Counted from the whole stretch's first letter, positions 22,042 through 35,559 are shown. The stretch: DNA of 63,206 nucleotides, filler included, from Choristocarpus tenellus KU-1152 (GCA_964200185.2; 9 parts of 9 records of this genome joined end to end with filler, not necessarily neighbours in it), one strand, 5' to 3'. Translations and numbers: made by a program. The notes: generated by a model from the letters alone, not told the origin.

Positions 22042-25000
22042 TTGTCCATCCAATTAGGAGCAAGAAGCCCCAATAGAGCACTTTCCTCCACCCGCACTAT
22101 GACAGCATCTCCCTCTGAAGGCTTTCCGTCTTGGTGCTCTCCTCCATGGACTGGAGAAGCTCGTAAGAACACTGCATGACTTGCCCTGCTCACAGTGACA
22201 AACCACCGCTGTAGGTAAGGATTGCTTACCTGGTTGCCATCATATTGGTCAGCGTGTGCTGTGATGGGTATGCCACACTCTACCTCTTCATGGACCTGTC
22301 CAGTTGGACCCATGAAAAATCCCAGAAAAATCCCAAGAAGGATGAATGCACACAATCGGGCATTTTTTTTAACACATACATACTTTTGGCTTGCATATTT
22401 GGAGGACTGGAGGGATTAGGTTGTCGTATCGACTCTTGCCATGTGATGGGTGGGAGTCATTGTTGGAAAAAACAAATAGAGTCGATTTAGCCTGTGGTGT
22501 GTTATGTCTTGGGTGAGGGCTGCTGGTAATGTTTTTTGTGTTATCCATCTAACCATTGGGTTCAAAGTTGGAAGTATAAATGAGGATATGCCAAGTTTCC
22601 ATCATTGTCAATGTTTGTGTGAATTTATTGTCATCTTGAGAGGGAGAAAGGGTGGGTTTGCGTAGTGGAAAGCATAAGTCGACGTTCTCAACAGTCAATT
22701 GCACAAAATAAAAAACATTTATGTGAGATAACAATATCGTAGTTCTAATGCTAATATTTTCAAAGTAGAGGGAAGAAGTTAACATAATATTCATTCATGA
22801 GTAATAAATACACTTGTTAATAGAACGCTTATCAAGATTATTGCTAAAAATACTGTAACTAGATACTAAGTCCATTCATCAAGAATAATTGTTAATAATA
22901 CTTCAACTAAATTCAAATTATCTATGAGGATATACGAACAACACAGACTTTCAGAATACTTCAAAGTAAGAATGGCATCCAGACTATTTGAAAGATTGGT
23001 TTACAATAGTAGTGATATTACCACTAATATCATGAAAGTGGATTTGAGATCAAGAAACGGAATACCATACAATAAGAACATCCCTTGCAGATATGGCATA
23101 GTTTTTTCTACTACATTAAACCAACTTGATATTTGCTCTCTGGCCTGACATTGCTAGTATTACTCCTCAGGGTTAGGATCTTGCATTGCACTCATGAGTC
23201 ATATTCCTAGTGCAGAACAAGAAAAAGGTACGGCAAGATAGGGTACTCTGCTCTCTTCATCCTTTTGCTGCTACGTCTCACCTGGAACGGCCAAAGTACA
23301 ATGCCAGTCAACACTGGATAACCCTCTCTAACGTAGAGGCAGTGATGATTAGGTTTCCTCAAACTAGAAGTTGTGATCGGAGAATGCTGCAAGCGGTGTG
23401 GGTCCCCTTCAAGGTCCCAAGAATCGTCTATTAGAGTCAGCTTATGATCAATAAGCATGGACTCCAGATTCTGTACACGATGCCGTTCTTCCTCCCTCTG
23501 CTTGTCAGTTTCTGCAGAAGTTAGCAAGGAGAAATCGGCCGTTGCATCTTCCCCAGTGGACTCATCTTTCACGTCTGACATACTACTCTTTACTGACCCT
23601 ACATTGCACCAACTTCCAGGTCCTTTCCTCGGAATTGGTGCAAATGTTCCCGGGGGCTGTCCTCCCCCACCAGCTGTCATCACTGCCACCTTCACTGCGG
23701 TGCACAACCAAATAACGAATCTTTCCATTGCTGGATTGTCGTCAAAAGTCATCCATGGAGAAGAAGGCCAGTGTTTGTTCTGAGCAAGGGACCTTAGACT
23801 CAACATTGAGAGGAAAGGCATTTGGATAGGGTTCACCTCTCGCAGCAGCATTGACAGGTCAAAAGCTGTATCCAACTTTCTGAGTTCAGCTTGGCAAAAC
23901 TGAGCTAAGTTAACCAGAATCTCGGGCAATTCACCCTCCTTGCATGCAAATGCTCCTCTCTCAGACACACCTCTCATTTCTTTTGTGATGCCTGCATTTT
24001 GAGCACCAAACTCCCCTAATCGTAGGTCATATACTTGATGGGGGTTTAGAAGTAGGTGGGTAGCAGCCAGCAGAAGGGTAATTGTGGACTTGTCTTCCCC
24101 TGTATCACATGCCGGTGGTCTGTTCTTACTCTCCTTGGAAGCTGGGGTTAACACCACCTCAGTCAAAGGGTTAGAGTAACTACGGAAGATGGTGGCGAGT
24201 TCAAATAGGCACTGTCCAGCCACCTCCAGCTCAGATTTAACAGAACAAGTCCCCAGAGTTGATTCCCATCCTTGTCCCTGTCCCTGCTCTCTCCTCAATG
24301 ATGAACCAACAAAGTGTGACACATGCTCTGATCTTGCTGCTCTCATCAATTTGGGCTTCTTTGTCCTTCTGGCAACTGAATTTCTTGTCTTTGTAATGTG
24401 TGAGGGACTTCGTGACCCCACCCCTATTTCAGCTCCTCCCCCAGATCGGTTGCCCCAGTGCCCTTCTACAAGAATTACCGCTGGGGGCAATTGCCGAGAT
24501 GATCTGCCACCTTCCAGTCCCTTTAGCAATATCTCAAGATCATGAAGGAAGCATCCTCGGCTCCATAGACACAGCCCAGGGCTGACTTCCAAGGAAACAT
24601 TCGTACCAGCTGAGAAAGCTTCTTCTAGTAGCTTTGACCAATTGGGGCCTATTCTATCACCACGTACTGGATTGGTGACTATCTGTGATGTAGATACAGC
24701 TGGAAATTCAACAGGTGGACCTGCTTCATTTGCATCTACCTGGAAGTAGGATGGAGTGTCAGCCCTTAGTGAAGAAGGACTGGTCCGACCCCAGCTCTTA
24801 GTCTCAGTTGGTGGTAGCTCCTGGGAAACTCCCAGGAAGGTATGATTCCCAGTAAAGTGCTTGAATAGACCCTTGATTTCATTGGCCAGTTTTTGATAGA
24901 TCCTCTCTCGAGCTGCTTTAGGTAGATCTATGCTCAGCAGAAGTAGCGTTGGGCGGACGGAGGCTGAATGATCCTCTTCTAGTAGCCCCTTAGGTAGTGT

Positions 25001-25168
25001 GGCGCCCAAAGCTAAATCAGCCTCCACCATGGCTGCCTCAATGTCCTCCACCTTTTCGTGGTACAATGTCTCCTTAGTGGCACAATCCCATAATTGATTG
25101 CTCACCTGGACAAATCCGAAGAACAGGCTTTGTTGAAGGCAAGTGCTCATGCTTGGAAACATTTTCAA
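22042..25168 (-). CDS. Partial gene of unknown function; long exon ~23282-25168 plus exon ~22042-22295
   Basis: 653-codon open frame with a CAG|GTGAGA donor at 23282 and an in-phase downstream acceptor at 22295. No domain recognised; the 5' boundary is uncertain. Confidence 0.72.
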
Positions 25169-25440
25169 GTGACGTCAGGTTCAATACCGTTCCATTCTTG
25201 GCATCAAAAGAAGTTGTAAACATTGAGTTCTCTGCATATTCTACTACTTGAAGCTGAAGAATGGAATGATACACAATGATGCACCAAATACTCATAATCT
25301 TGATGGACCGGTGTTCATTCGTCTGAAGGGAAGTGCGGTCGTATGTATGTCAGACAGAATGCCTTCGTTGAAATATCTTGAATTTAGACAGGTGCCAATT
25401 GCAACTGTCAATTCACCACGGGTGAACGCACATAGGATTT

Positions 25441-25678
25441 GAGTGAGAGTATCTTAGAGTGTACGGGCTTTGCCCTTGTTTGTCCGGGTTTTTCTATGGT
25501 GTTTCCCTACTCCAAGATGTTTCAGAGTAGGTAAAATGCGTCTGTTATGAAAGGTTTGTCCGGAACAAGGATATTGGCACTTCCTAACAAATAGGATAGC
25601 CAAAATTTCATCAAAATCACAACATTGAATTCTTCCCCCCAAACGGACGAGGCTCTACCCTCAAAGATTCTTTGACTC
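25441..25678 (+). mobile_element. MITE family A
   Basis: Both TIRs present; small internal deletion. Confidence 0.85.
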
Positions 25679-26142
25679 TATCCTATGTAACCTTTTTGAC
25701 TTGTGAGAATGGAATGAGATATAGTGTATTGTTACATGTAGGTGGCGATTAGACTCATGCGACAAATGGTAGAGGCGAAGTGTGCAGTTCAGCCTTAGTG
25801 GGGATATATATACATATACTTCCTATATATATACTGGCTATATTTTGGAGTAGACAAGGATGGATGGGCATGTATACTGGCACTGGGTATTGTATCAATT
25901 GAAAAGGAGAAGGGTTTCAGCTGAATTATCATAGAGTACCACGGGTATATAACTGTGATGGTTGAAACCCCCATATTCATGGTCCAAATCCAGGCAATCT
26001 CCATCAGGGTTAGAATACATAGATATAGAAGAAAAGATCCTGTGGATGAAGGAATGAATTTGGATTGGAGGATATAGGGAGGTAAACATGCAAAGCAAAG
26101 AAACAGGCACAGATACCTCTTCTTATGATATAAACCTTTTCT

Positions 26143-26376
26143 GAGTGAAAGTATCTTAGAGGGTACAATTTTGCCCTGTTTGTCCATTTATTGGCTTGGC
26201 TTCCCACGGGTTTTTAATAACATTTTACCTACTCCAAAATGTTTTGGAGTAGGTGAAATGTATCCGAAACATAGATATTGACACTTCCTAACAAACACCA
26301 TAGTCAAATTACATCAAAATCGCAACATAATTTCGGCCCCCAAATGGACGCGGCTCTACCCTCTGAGATTTGACTA
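26143..26376 (+). mobile_element. MITE family A, probable TSD TCT
   Basis: Both TIRs present; internal palindrome cctactccaaaatgttttggagtagg. Confidence 0.85.
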
Positions 26377-26824
26377 TCTNNNNNNNNNNNNNNNNNNNNN
26401 NNNNNNNNNNNNNNNNNNNNNNNTTAATTAATTAANNNNNNNNNNNNNNNNNNNNNNNNNNNNNNNNNNNNNNNNNNNNGGGGCAGGGAGGGGACTTGGG
26501 AATGGTGGGGGGGGGGGTCATGATAACACCTAGTTGGATAAATGCAGGCTTGATAACACCAGAGACAGAGATAAAGACAGATACAGCCACATGAGACAAT
26601 AACCCTAACGCTTTATTTTTGTGTGCAACTTTAGTGTACACTATTGCTATGTTTTCATCACAGTGCCTAAATTGTTCTAATCGTAAACATTAAAAAAAAT
26701 TCCAGTCCTTTTTTTACAGCTCCAAATGAATAATGGAAATCGCCTACCAGTCAAATATAACTCCTTTGGCACAGTGCGTTTTGAAGTGGCATATGGGATT
26801 TTGTTCCATACCCTAACCCTAACC

Positions 26825-26957
26825 TAAACCTACTCTAATAATTGATTATAATGGACTGTTCAAATCAGCCTTGACTTCATCATCTAAACCTACTCTAATA
26901 ATATATTATAATGGACTTTTCAAATCAGCCTTGACTTTACCACCTTAACCTACTCTC
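26825..26957. repeat. 60-bp tandem repeat, ~2.2 units
   Basis: taaacctactctaataa..tataatggact..caaatcagccttgactt is repeated. Confidence 0.85.
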
Positions 26958-27110
26958 AAATTATTTACCTCATCACTACCCTTGGAGCCCACAAACTCCT
27001 CTCTTACCCCTACTCCCGCCCTTCAATATATCTTTGTTCTTCAGACAGATATGACAGTTTTTCTTGAGAGAGCATACCCATGCCCTTGAGTGAGATACTT
27101 GAGTTGATTA

Positions 27111-27502
27111 GAGTCAAAGTATCTTAGGGTTAGGGTTAGGGTTAGGGTTAGGGTTAGGGTACAGCTGCGTCCGTTTGTGGGCCAAAATCCAACGTTGCGA
27201 TTCTGATGTAATTTTGGCTATCATGTTTGTTATTGTTAGCAAGTGTCAATATCCTTGTTCTGGATACTATATATACTATATATACTATATATACTGTATA
27301 TACTATATATACTATACCTTTTCATGACGTGACGTATATGTTTTACCTACTTCGAGGTGAAATGTTATCAAAAACCTCTATCCCTAACCCTAACCCTAAC
27401 CCTAAGTATCTTAAAAACCCATCGGAAGTCACAAGCCCAAATCGGGCAAGCAGGGCAAAACTCGGACCCTAACCCTAAGATAATTTTAAGATACTTTCAC
27501 TC
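27111..27502 (-). mobile_element. MITE family A copy expanded by telomeric (TTAGGG/CCCTAA) and TA-rich microsatellite repeats
   Basis: Left TIR reads gagtcaaagtatc(ttaggg)6ta; internal (ccctaa)4; right end ccctaaccctaagata..agatactttcactc. Confidence 0.85.
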
Positions 27503-27632
27503 TTTCCGAGATTAGGAGATAAAATTAAAATTAGAAAAGTTTCGAAATGTCCATCCAAGGCAACTGTGGTGTGTGTGTAAGAGGTTATCGAGATTTTCAT
27601 GAGGTGCACAACTTCAACCCTAACCCTAGTGG

Positions 27633-27830
27633 TTTGAACGAGGTCATTCTATTGGTTGCCTCTTTTAAAAAAAAAAGTAAAAATTAAAAATATTCATTTG
27701 AACGAGGTCATTCTATTGGTCGCCTCTTTGTACAAAAGTAAAAAATGAAAATGAAAAAGATTGATTTTGAACGAGGTCATTCTATTGGTCGCCTCTTTGT
27801 ACAAAAGTAAAAAATGAAAATGAAAAGAAG
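27633..27830. repeat. ~65-70-bp tandem repeat, 3 units
   Basis: tttgaacgaggtcattctattggtygcctcttt occurs three times. Confidence 0.88.
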
Positions 27831-28098
27831 ATTCATTCTTGATTTGGAACTGAGAAAGAGGCCCATCTACCAGACAATGAGTAGTGAGGAAATAAATAAT
27901 AATAAATAAAGGAGACATACGGACTGCACAGGAATTGTCAATTTCCTCAGGTCTGAGATAACAGACCCACCCTGCATCCTACCTCGGTTGGTGGGTTAGG
28001 GTTAGGGTTAGGGTTGGGTCTATTGGTCTGCTTTACATAATTGTACCCTTACAAGTATCCTCAACTCTATCGCACTTGTTAAGATCCTCCCTGCTCTT

Positions 28099-28184
28099 GA
28101 TTAACCCAGGACTTACCTTGAACCCTGATTATGAAGTCGATTAACCCAGGGCTTACCTTGAACCCTGATTATGAAGTAGACTCC

Positions 28185-28248
<64 letters not shown>
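28099..28248. repeat. 40-bp tandem duplication followed by a (CT)n microsatellite
   Basis: gattaacccaggrcttaccttgaaccctgattatgaagt occurs twice; CT run at ~28188-28248. Confidence 0.88.
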
Positions 28249-28249
<1 letters not shown>

Positions 28250-28349
28250 CTGCCTAAACTCAAGGGTATGGTGTGAACTCTGGAGCGCTTGATTTTGACC
28301 CTGTCCCATGCGTGTGTACTGACTGTGTGACATGTATTGTGAGTTGCAG

Positions 28350-30594
28350 GTGTGCACGACTACCACTGTTCTCATTTGACCCACGTTTGGGAACTGGTCC
28401 TGTACTGGAGGAGAATCTTGAAGATCTCAATAGGCGGTGTAGCCATGCAGGGTACTGCTCAAAGCCGGCAATATTTGGGTACGTATTTGGTTGTGGCCTT
28501 GTCATGTTTGTAACCTTGCTTTGCTTGTGTTTGATGGAGACATGATGATGCGGCGAAGGGGGGTTGAATTACTGTCTCTCATTGCTGGTCTCGATTTGGT
28601 TGCTAGGGCATTGATTTGGTATTGAGACCTTTGGAGTGGGTTCTGTTTTGAGGGCGGGGGGGGGTGTTCTATTGTGTCAGAGTGAGGCACGACTTGGATT
28701 TGATTGGTTTAAATGTTTGGTGCTGGATGGATGGATGGATGGATGGATGGATGCAAAAAGGTAGAGATTGTAGAGATTGTGGATGTTGATCTGGTCATCA
28801 AGCTGCTATTTCTGGTGGTGGGTTTACAGATTTCTTGTTGAAGTTTGTCTCATACCTTTATCCCTATTTTAGGAGATTCTTATTTTTTTAATTTGAGGGA
28901 TCGCTATACCCCCCAAACATATCATCTACTCTGTGTTCAAGATTATAGGATAACAGGGCATGAATGAGGTCGTTTAGCAGCTCGTCTCACGCCTAAATTC
29001 TATTCCCATTGTGATTTACTTAGCATTTCATCTCATACCTACTTTCTATTCCCATTGTGATGTATTTAGCAGCTCATCTCACACCTACTCTAATCCCATT
29101 GTGATTTATTTAGCAGCTCATCTCATACCTACATCCTATTCCCATTGTGATGTATTTAGTAGCTCATCTGACACCTACATTCTAATCCCATTGTGATATA
29201 TTTAGCAGCTCATCTGACACTTACATTCTATTCCCATTGTGGTGTATTTAGCAGCTCATCTCACACCTACATTCTATTCCCATTGTGATTTATTTAGCAG
29301 CTCATCTCACACCTACTTCCTAATCCCATTGTGATTTATTTAGCAGCTCATCTCATACCTACATTCTATTCCCATTGTGATGTATTTAGCAGCTCATCTC
29401 ACACCTACTTCCTAATTCCGTTGTGATTTATCAACAATATCAAGTTGTTGACGTGGAAGCTGTCCCAGGAAGACTTGCTATGTAATAGAATTGTGGTGAG
29501 CCACTCCAGTCCTCCTGTGCACGACAGTGTATGTATGTACTAAGTGTGTAAATTGTGGTTTGATGGGAAGTTTGCTGTGATTCAAACCTTTTTTCAACCA
29601 ACAGTGCCTATAACTTGAACGTCCTTCATACACATGCATGTGACCCTTCCATCCTGGTCAGCTATGAGAGCCGAACTATGCGGTTCTGTGGCACCCACAA
29701 GGGCCATGGGGCACAAACCCTGAGACCAAGACAGTGGTTCTGTGTGGCGCATAAGGGGGATATTCTGGGCAATGAACGCCGTCAGTGTGAAGCCTTAGCA
29801 TGTACTACCAAACCCTGCTATGGGTTTGATGGAGAGGTAAGAAGGATCTTCTGCAGAGCATTGAGTGAAGTTAGCTTGAGCAACCGAAAGGGTGCTGCTC
29901 CTGAGGTTAAGAGCTCCTCTGGCTTTCTGGTCACATAAGTGTTGTAGCCTTTTGGGGTGTTTTGTGACTCAAAAACCCTAACCCTAACCCTAACCCTAAA
30001 CCTAAACCTAACCCACGTTCCGCAAGGGTTACTTTGACTCATTTCAAAGGATTGGTACTCATGACTTACCACTTGTGCATGGTTAGTTACTACTCTAGTA
30101 AGCTCATCATTGTTGCAGGGTATTATTGAACCAATTCAACATTTTCATTCTGTAACCGCTCCCCCTTACCCCCTCAAATCTTGATGCATGTCTTGATGCA
30201 TGTCTTGAACCAAAGTCACACTCCACAGAATGTGAAGTCTAAATAGAACTAGAAGCTCTATCCCTCTGCACTGTGAAGTAAATCCAAGAGCGTGCTGTTC
30301 ATAGAAGCATTACATATTCTTCTTGACCTCGTGCAGGCTCCAAGTCACTGCTCCGTTCACAAGATGGATGGGATGGTTCGCATGCCTCGACAATGCGAAT
30401 TCCCGAACTGCAAGAAGCGCCCCAGCTATGGGTATGAAGTTCAGGTAGGATAGGTTTGATGGTCCTAAACTTCTTGAGGAACATTTTTCCTGGGTTGAGT
30501 TGTTGACCCGCAGCATAGTCTCATTCGTCTATGGAAGGGAACAATATGCCTGTTAGATACACGTAGGCGTATGCCTCACTTGTGTGCACTTGTA

Positions 30595-30633
<39 letters not shown>

Positions 30634-31943
30634 CTCGCTGGTCTACCTCAGGACCCTAGTTTCACCTTAGTGAGTTTGTTTTTATCAACATAATTAAGTA
30701 TTTGCAGTACAAACAAAGGAGTCCTTGTTACGACACAAACAGGTGAGGGGGTGATGTCACGCTGAGAGGGGTGTGTAAAGACCCCACTACTTGAGCGCTC
30801 AGAGTTTGATACTTGGAGTGTGTGCAGGATGTGAGCTTGAGCAGTGTCTCTGCATTTTGATTTTGTTTGTGGTAGATGTCGCACCTGTTACCTGTTGCGT
30901 TTTGTCCATGAATTGCAAGTTGTATTTTGAGGTTTTCATTTTTCTGCACTGAGTAATATAGGGAGTGAATTGCAGGTACTTACGAACCCTTTTGGCAGGA
31001 TGCGGTTCAATATGATGTGTATTATACCCTCTTGCTTTCCTCACTACCCTTCCTCACTACCCTTCCCCATTACTCTACCTCACTACTATCCTCTACTTAT
31101 CTGTGCTGGACCCTTTATTTTTGTTCTGTAGCTGAAGCGACTTTGTGTACCCCCTAAGAGTGAAGAGGAAGGTATGCAAGGCATGATGGGTATGCAGGGA
31201 ATGCAAGGTGTACAGGGTGTGAGCTACCACGGGATGGGCCTGGCCCACACGGGCTATGTGTCGCAAGAGCATCACCAATCTCAACAGCATCACAATGCCA
31301 TGACAGGACTTGTCAGCCCCCACTCGGATATTGGGCTTGGCCATCATCCTAGCATGATGGCCATGGCGGTAAGCTCTTCATCAATCATGCAATGTGCCTA
31401 TCATGACTTTGCTTGTCAGTGTTCCCTAAAGTGCAACAATTCCTTCAAAAATATTTATTCTCGCTTTCCTAAGATTCATTGCCTGAGAGATTTTTGTGCT
31501 TCAGTGACGTTAACGCCCTAGTCACATGTCCAACGGAGGAGACAAAGATATACACCTTAATTGAGGCACTGCTTGTAGGTTTTTGTGCAGGAGGAGCAGT
31601 ATGTGGAGTTAAGCGCGAACAACAGCATGTTGTGGTTGTGCTGTGTGAGCACGAACTTACGTCGTTTTTTTATCTGCTGTATATGTAGGTACTTCCTGCT
31701 CTTGTGACACTAGTGTTCTCTCCCCAACCCACTGGCTGGTTTACTTGCATGAAACTTCCTATGTCTCTAGAGTTCAACAGACAGTATTCAGTATATCTCC
31801 AGCAGTAAATGCACTCCATTCATTGATGGTGCACACCCCAAGCCTTAGACCAACTGGATCAATGCATTCCTTCTCTTGCCTCTCGGTCTTGTCTCTTTCA
31901 GATGCACATGAGCATTCCGGGGGTTCCAGGCGCAAGTGTGTGA
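28350..31943 (+). CDS. EsV-1-7-like cysteine-rich repeat protein with a Met/Gln/His/Gly-rich C-terminus (5' end not identified)
   Basis: Phase-matched exons 28350-28478, 29662-29836, 30337-30444, 31132-31368, 31902-31943. Translation includes CEALACTTKPCYGFDGEAPSHCSVHKMDGMVRMPRQCEFPNCKKRPSYG, the C-x4-C-xKxPxYG...CxxHK..GM repeat of the EsV-1-7 family. Confidence 0.8.
28973..29431. repeat. Intronic 46-bp minisatellite, ~10 units
   Basis: cccattgtgatttatttagcagctcatctcayacctacattctatt is repeated head to tail. Confidence 0.95.
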
Positions 31944-33117
31944 TGCCACAATACGAGCTGTGTATTACTTTGGCTTGTTTTGATGGCACTTGTTTGTGTG
32001 CCATTCTTATTTTGGGTGTATTTGCGGTGCTTTTTTTGTGTGCCATTCTTATTTAGGGTTGAGGATGCAGGGTGTGTGGAGTGATGCGTACTCTCACTGA
32101 ATGCACGGACATTTTCAACTGTTAGTCGCACCACACTTGCCCATGCTTCATAAACATATGTATGTGTGTCATTCATGAGGCCTAGCCACTAGGGCTTGGT
32201 AGGAGCAGCTTGGTCAACTGTTTGTTACTGTACTGGTCAAGTACAGTCAAAAGTGCCAAGTTCTTCCTCCTCTTCTACTGATGAACTAGGAGTCTTAAAG
32301 GTTTGTGGCATTTTGCTCACCACCTTTGCAGACATTTGTGCATTTTCGGAAAAGAGAAAAGGGTTTACTTTTTCTTGGAGTCATGGTCAATTTCTGATCA
32401 CCAGAGTGGCAAAAGTTCAAATATATGATCTTGAAATTCGAGGGAGTCATATTTAGTTCCTCTCGAAGGTGGAACAAAGTTGAAGTTTCTGTGGGTGATG
32501 GGGTTAGTTACTGACAAGGAGCCTGGCCTAATTAGACAGTATTTTGTGATGCATGTGTGCATTTGAACCTCCCTATCTTGGAGGGGGACCTATTTAAGCC
32601 TTTTTTTTAGAGTATCTGGGAAATTTTTTAATCTTTTGCACATCTCTTTTCCCACTCCTGGAATACAGCTATCCCTTCTTAGGAGGTTGTGTGTGGCAGT
32701 GGAAGAGGAGACGAACATTCATCCATATGGACAAAAAACTGTCCTGCATGGTGCTAGAACCACATGTACCAGGAGGCAGTCACAGGGCCCCCAAGTACTC
32801 ACCGTTACCACAGTCTAAGTTAGGACGGCTCAGTTCTTGAGATGCCTTGTGGGACCTTGGAGAGAAGAGTGTGCTCATTTCCCACAATCATGTGGGTGCG
32901 GAAGGGTGCAAGTGGGTGCATTGTCTTCGTCTTTCCTTCATGATCTGTTTGTCACTTTCTTGGTAGTAGTCGGAATAGGAGTAGTATGCTTCTTGTGTGA
33001 CTCGAAATGATGGCAACAAGAATAGTACTGGCCCACACCTCGCACAAATCAAATCCGATGTTTTGACTTTCATGTCAATTCCTCATCAGTCAATACCTGC
33101 CCCTGTCATATATCTTA

Positions 33118-34394
33118 CTTCCGCCGTTCGGAATTAAATGTCGCATAAATTTTGCAGCCCAGGTAAAGAAGCAAGATTTTTGTTGACTTGTTCATATTTT
33201 ATGGCTGTGTTGTGCAGACGCTGAAAGGTTGCCCACCAAAATCTCAAGCAAAATGGGGCAGCCTACACCTATATATGATTCTGCCCCTGAAGTCCTCCAA
33301 AACTCCATTCCAGCAAGGTATTTCGCCACATCCACCGGGGCATTTGGGGGGGTCCTCCCAGGGGTGCAGGTACACACCTTACCCATCTTTGTGGATGTAA
33401 AACCATTTCTCGTCCATATGCACTCAGTCATCCACTTCTCTCCCTCCTGTGTGTGTGGTGGATGACAAAACCCACCCGGTTGACTTTCTGGTAGTCTGGG
33501 AGGACTCACTTAGTCCAACGCTTGACCTTCTTGACCTTCTTGTGCTGGTACAGATCCCCCAATGAAGCAAGAGAGACCCCAGCTTTGGACACCCATTTGT
33601 GGAAGGATCTGTGATGTACTGATAGGACACCCCAAATGTTGAGGATACTTATAAGGCAGCTGCATTGCCCCATGCGATGTCATCATCATACAAGGTTTAT
33701 GCATTCTCCCTGTGTAGTCTGGCTGCCATACTCCTTCAAATGATGGGCCATGGTGGTTTGGGAAATTCTGAAGTCCTCAACAGTGGCTGCCATCGTCCCT
33801 CAAGGAGTCTGAATCTCATGCCCTCTCACCTCCAGGCATCACACCACGCTGTTCTTCATTGGGGTGTTTTGAGTCCTGACCCCAGATAGACTTCTAGGTC
33901 GAAGAATTGGGACCAACGGGCGACAATGGGATGAGTGAGCCGCTTCAACAACGGGGGGCCTTCCTAGGCATCCAAGTAAACACCTTTTGCGAGGTTTTTG
34001 AACCCCGTCAAATGTGACTTGATCGACTTTGCACTGGTGATTCTTCACAGTCACGACAATCCACCATCTCAAAACTCGCACGCCTCTCAATTATGTTGAG
34101 AACTAAGCCTTGGGCAGAGGGTTATCAAGTGGTTTTTCCTGGGTGAAAATGGAGCTTGCGAAAGTTGTGCTACATCTATTCCTAACGGAGGAAGTATACA
34201 TGTTGTGAAATTAATGCTATTCAAAACAATAGTGATAATGTGCACACAAGCTAAAATGATATCCTCCACACAAAACAAATCAGAATGGGGGGTGATCACC
34301 AATGGCTTCCTCTAGGTGAAGATTAGGCTCACTTGGATACATCAACGCCAGCACTCTGTCAAGCACAACCCTAGTGCGGGCCAAAACGGAGGGG
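33118..34394 (-). mobile_element. Decayed Tc1/mariner element of the DEKWF (DD39D, plant-mariner-like) type
   Basis: Minus strand ~33340-33425 reads VHMDEKWFYIHKDG*GVYLHPWEDPPK, with an HTH-like relic upstream. A Stowaway-like TIR ta|cttccgccgttcggaattaaatgtcgc lies at 33118. The other end (aaaacggagggg, ~34394) is weak. Confidence 0.68.
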
Positions 34395-35559
34395 GCTTCC
34401 GTATGTTGTTTTATACTACCTGATAGGCGAACACAACTTGCTACATCTATGTCTACCATACATCTTTATCCCTCCATTACTTTTGGGCAGTTTTTTTGTA
34501 TTGAGTGTATGCTTCGTCGCCATTGCAAATAACACCTCTCAAAACATTGATGTTAAGTTATTAGCAAGCATGACAATCTGCCGTCACACTTGTTGAAATG
34601 ATATTATACTAAAGATCCTGTAAAGCTAGCTTCCGAAACAGATCATTGTTACGCCTACTCACAAAAAACATGTTCATGAATGGTATTAAAACAATAGAAG
34701 TGCATTCGGTAGCATCTTTTAATGCGACCCAAAATAAGGCGAGTCAGTGAACATGGGTGGCGAAAAAAAATGTGTCTTAAATTTCGTGTCGTAAGGCGTT
34801 TCTTATGTGATATTGGGCAGATACACCTTGAAGTGAGAAGACATGTTTGTCAAGGGCGTTCAGAATTCAAAGTAACCGAGATCGAGAAGGGTGTATGTTT
34901 TGACAATTTTGAGTTTGAGGTGGTTTTCAACGATTTTAAAGAAGATGAACACATCGAAAAGGTTTTCGATAAGGATATCTTTCTTCTGCACGCTGAGCGT
35001 GCACCCACAATACAGTCAAATTCCACTCCGCAAGATTGTGGACTTTGAAAATAGACGGCACTCCCTTCTCAGTTAGTTTGGCTCTAAAACCCGCTCTTGG
35101 TCACCTAGGAACCTACCACAGGGCACCTCTTGTATTCTGTGGTCTTGCCATTTGTAGCGAAATGTTGCCCTCTCATTCCCACCGTCACACCTGGCCTACC
35201 TACCTCACTTCACAGGGCACCAATGTCGGTGAAGATACTACCTTCTGCATGGAATTTGTGGCACTGTGGGTCTGGATGGGGACAATAAGATGAAGAGGTT
35301 GTGCTTCAATTTGCACACTCCTGATTAGTACATTCCTGATCAGGAGAAGAGTGATGAGAGCAACCTTGATGATGAGTCAGTCGTTGTGCCACTGACTACT
35401 CCAACTGGAAATAGTCTTGTTCCTGACGGTTGCTTGAACTTGAGTTCAAGGCTGGCGAGATCTCGACCAACAACAACAGCATCACTAGGGATCAGGCGTG
35501 GCTGTGACTGGAAGAGCATGAGTATGTGGTTTCGTTTTTGGCACAGAGCCTTAAGTATG

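Noticed and set aside
28973-29431. CRISPR-like array
   Set aside because: Head-to-tail 46-bp minisatellite with no unique spacers, lying in an intron.
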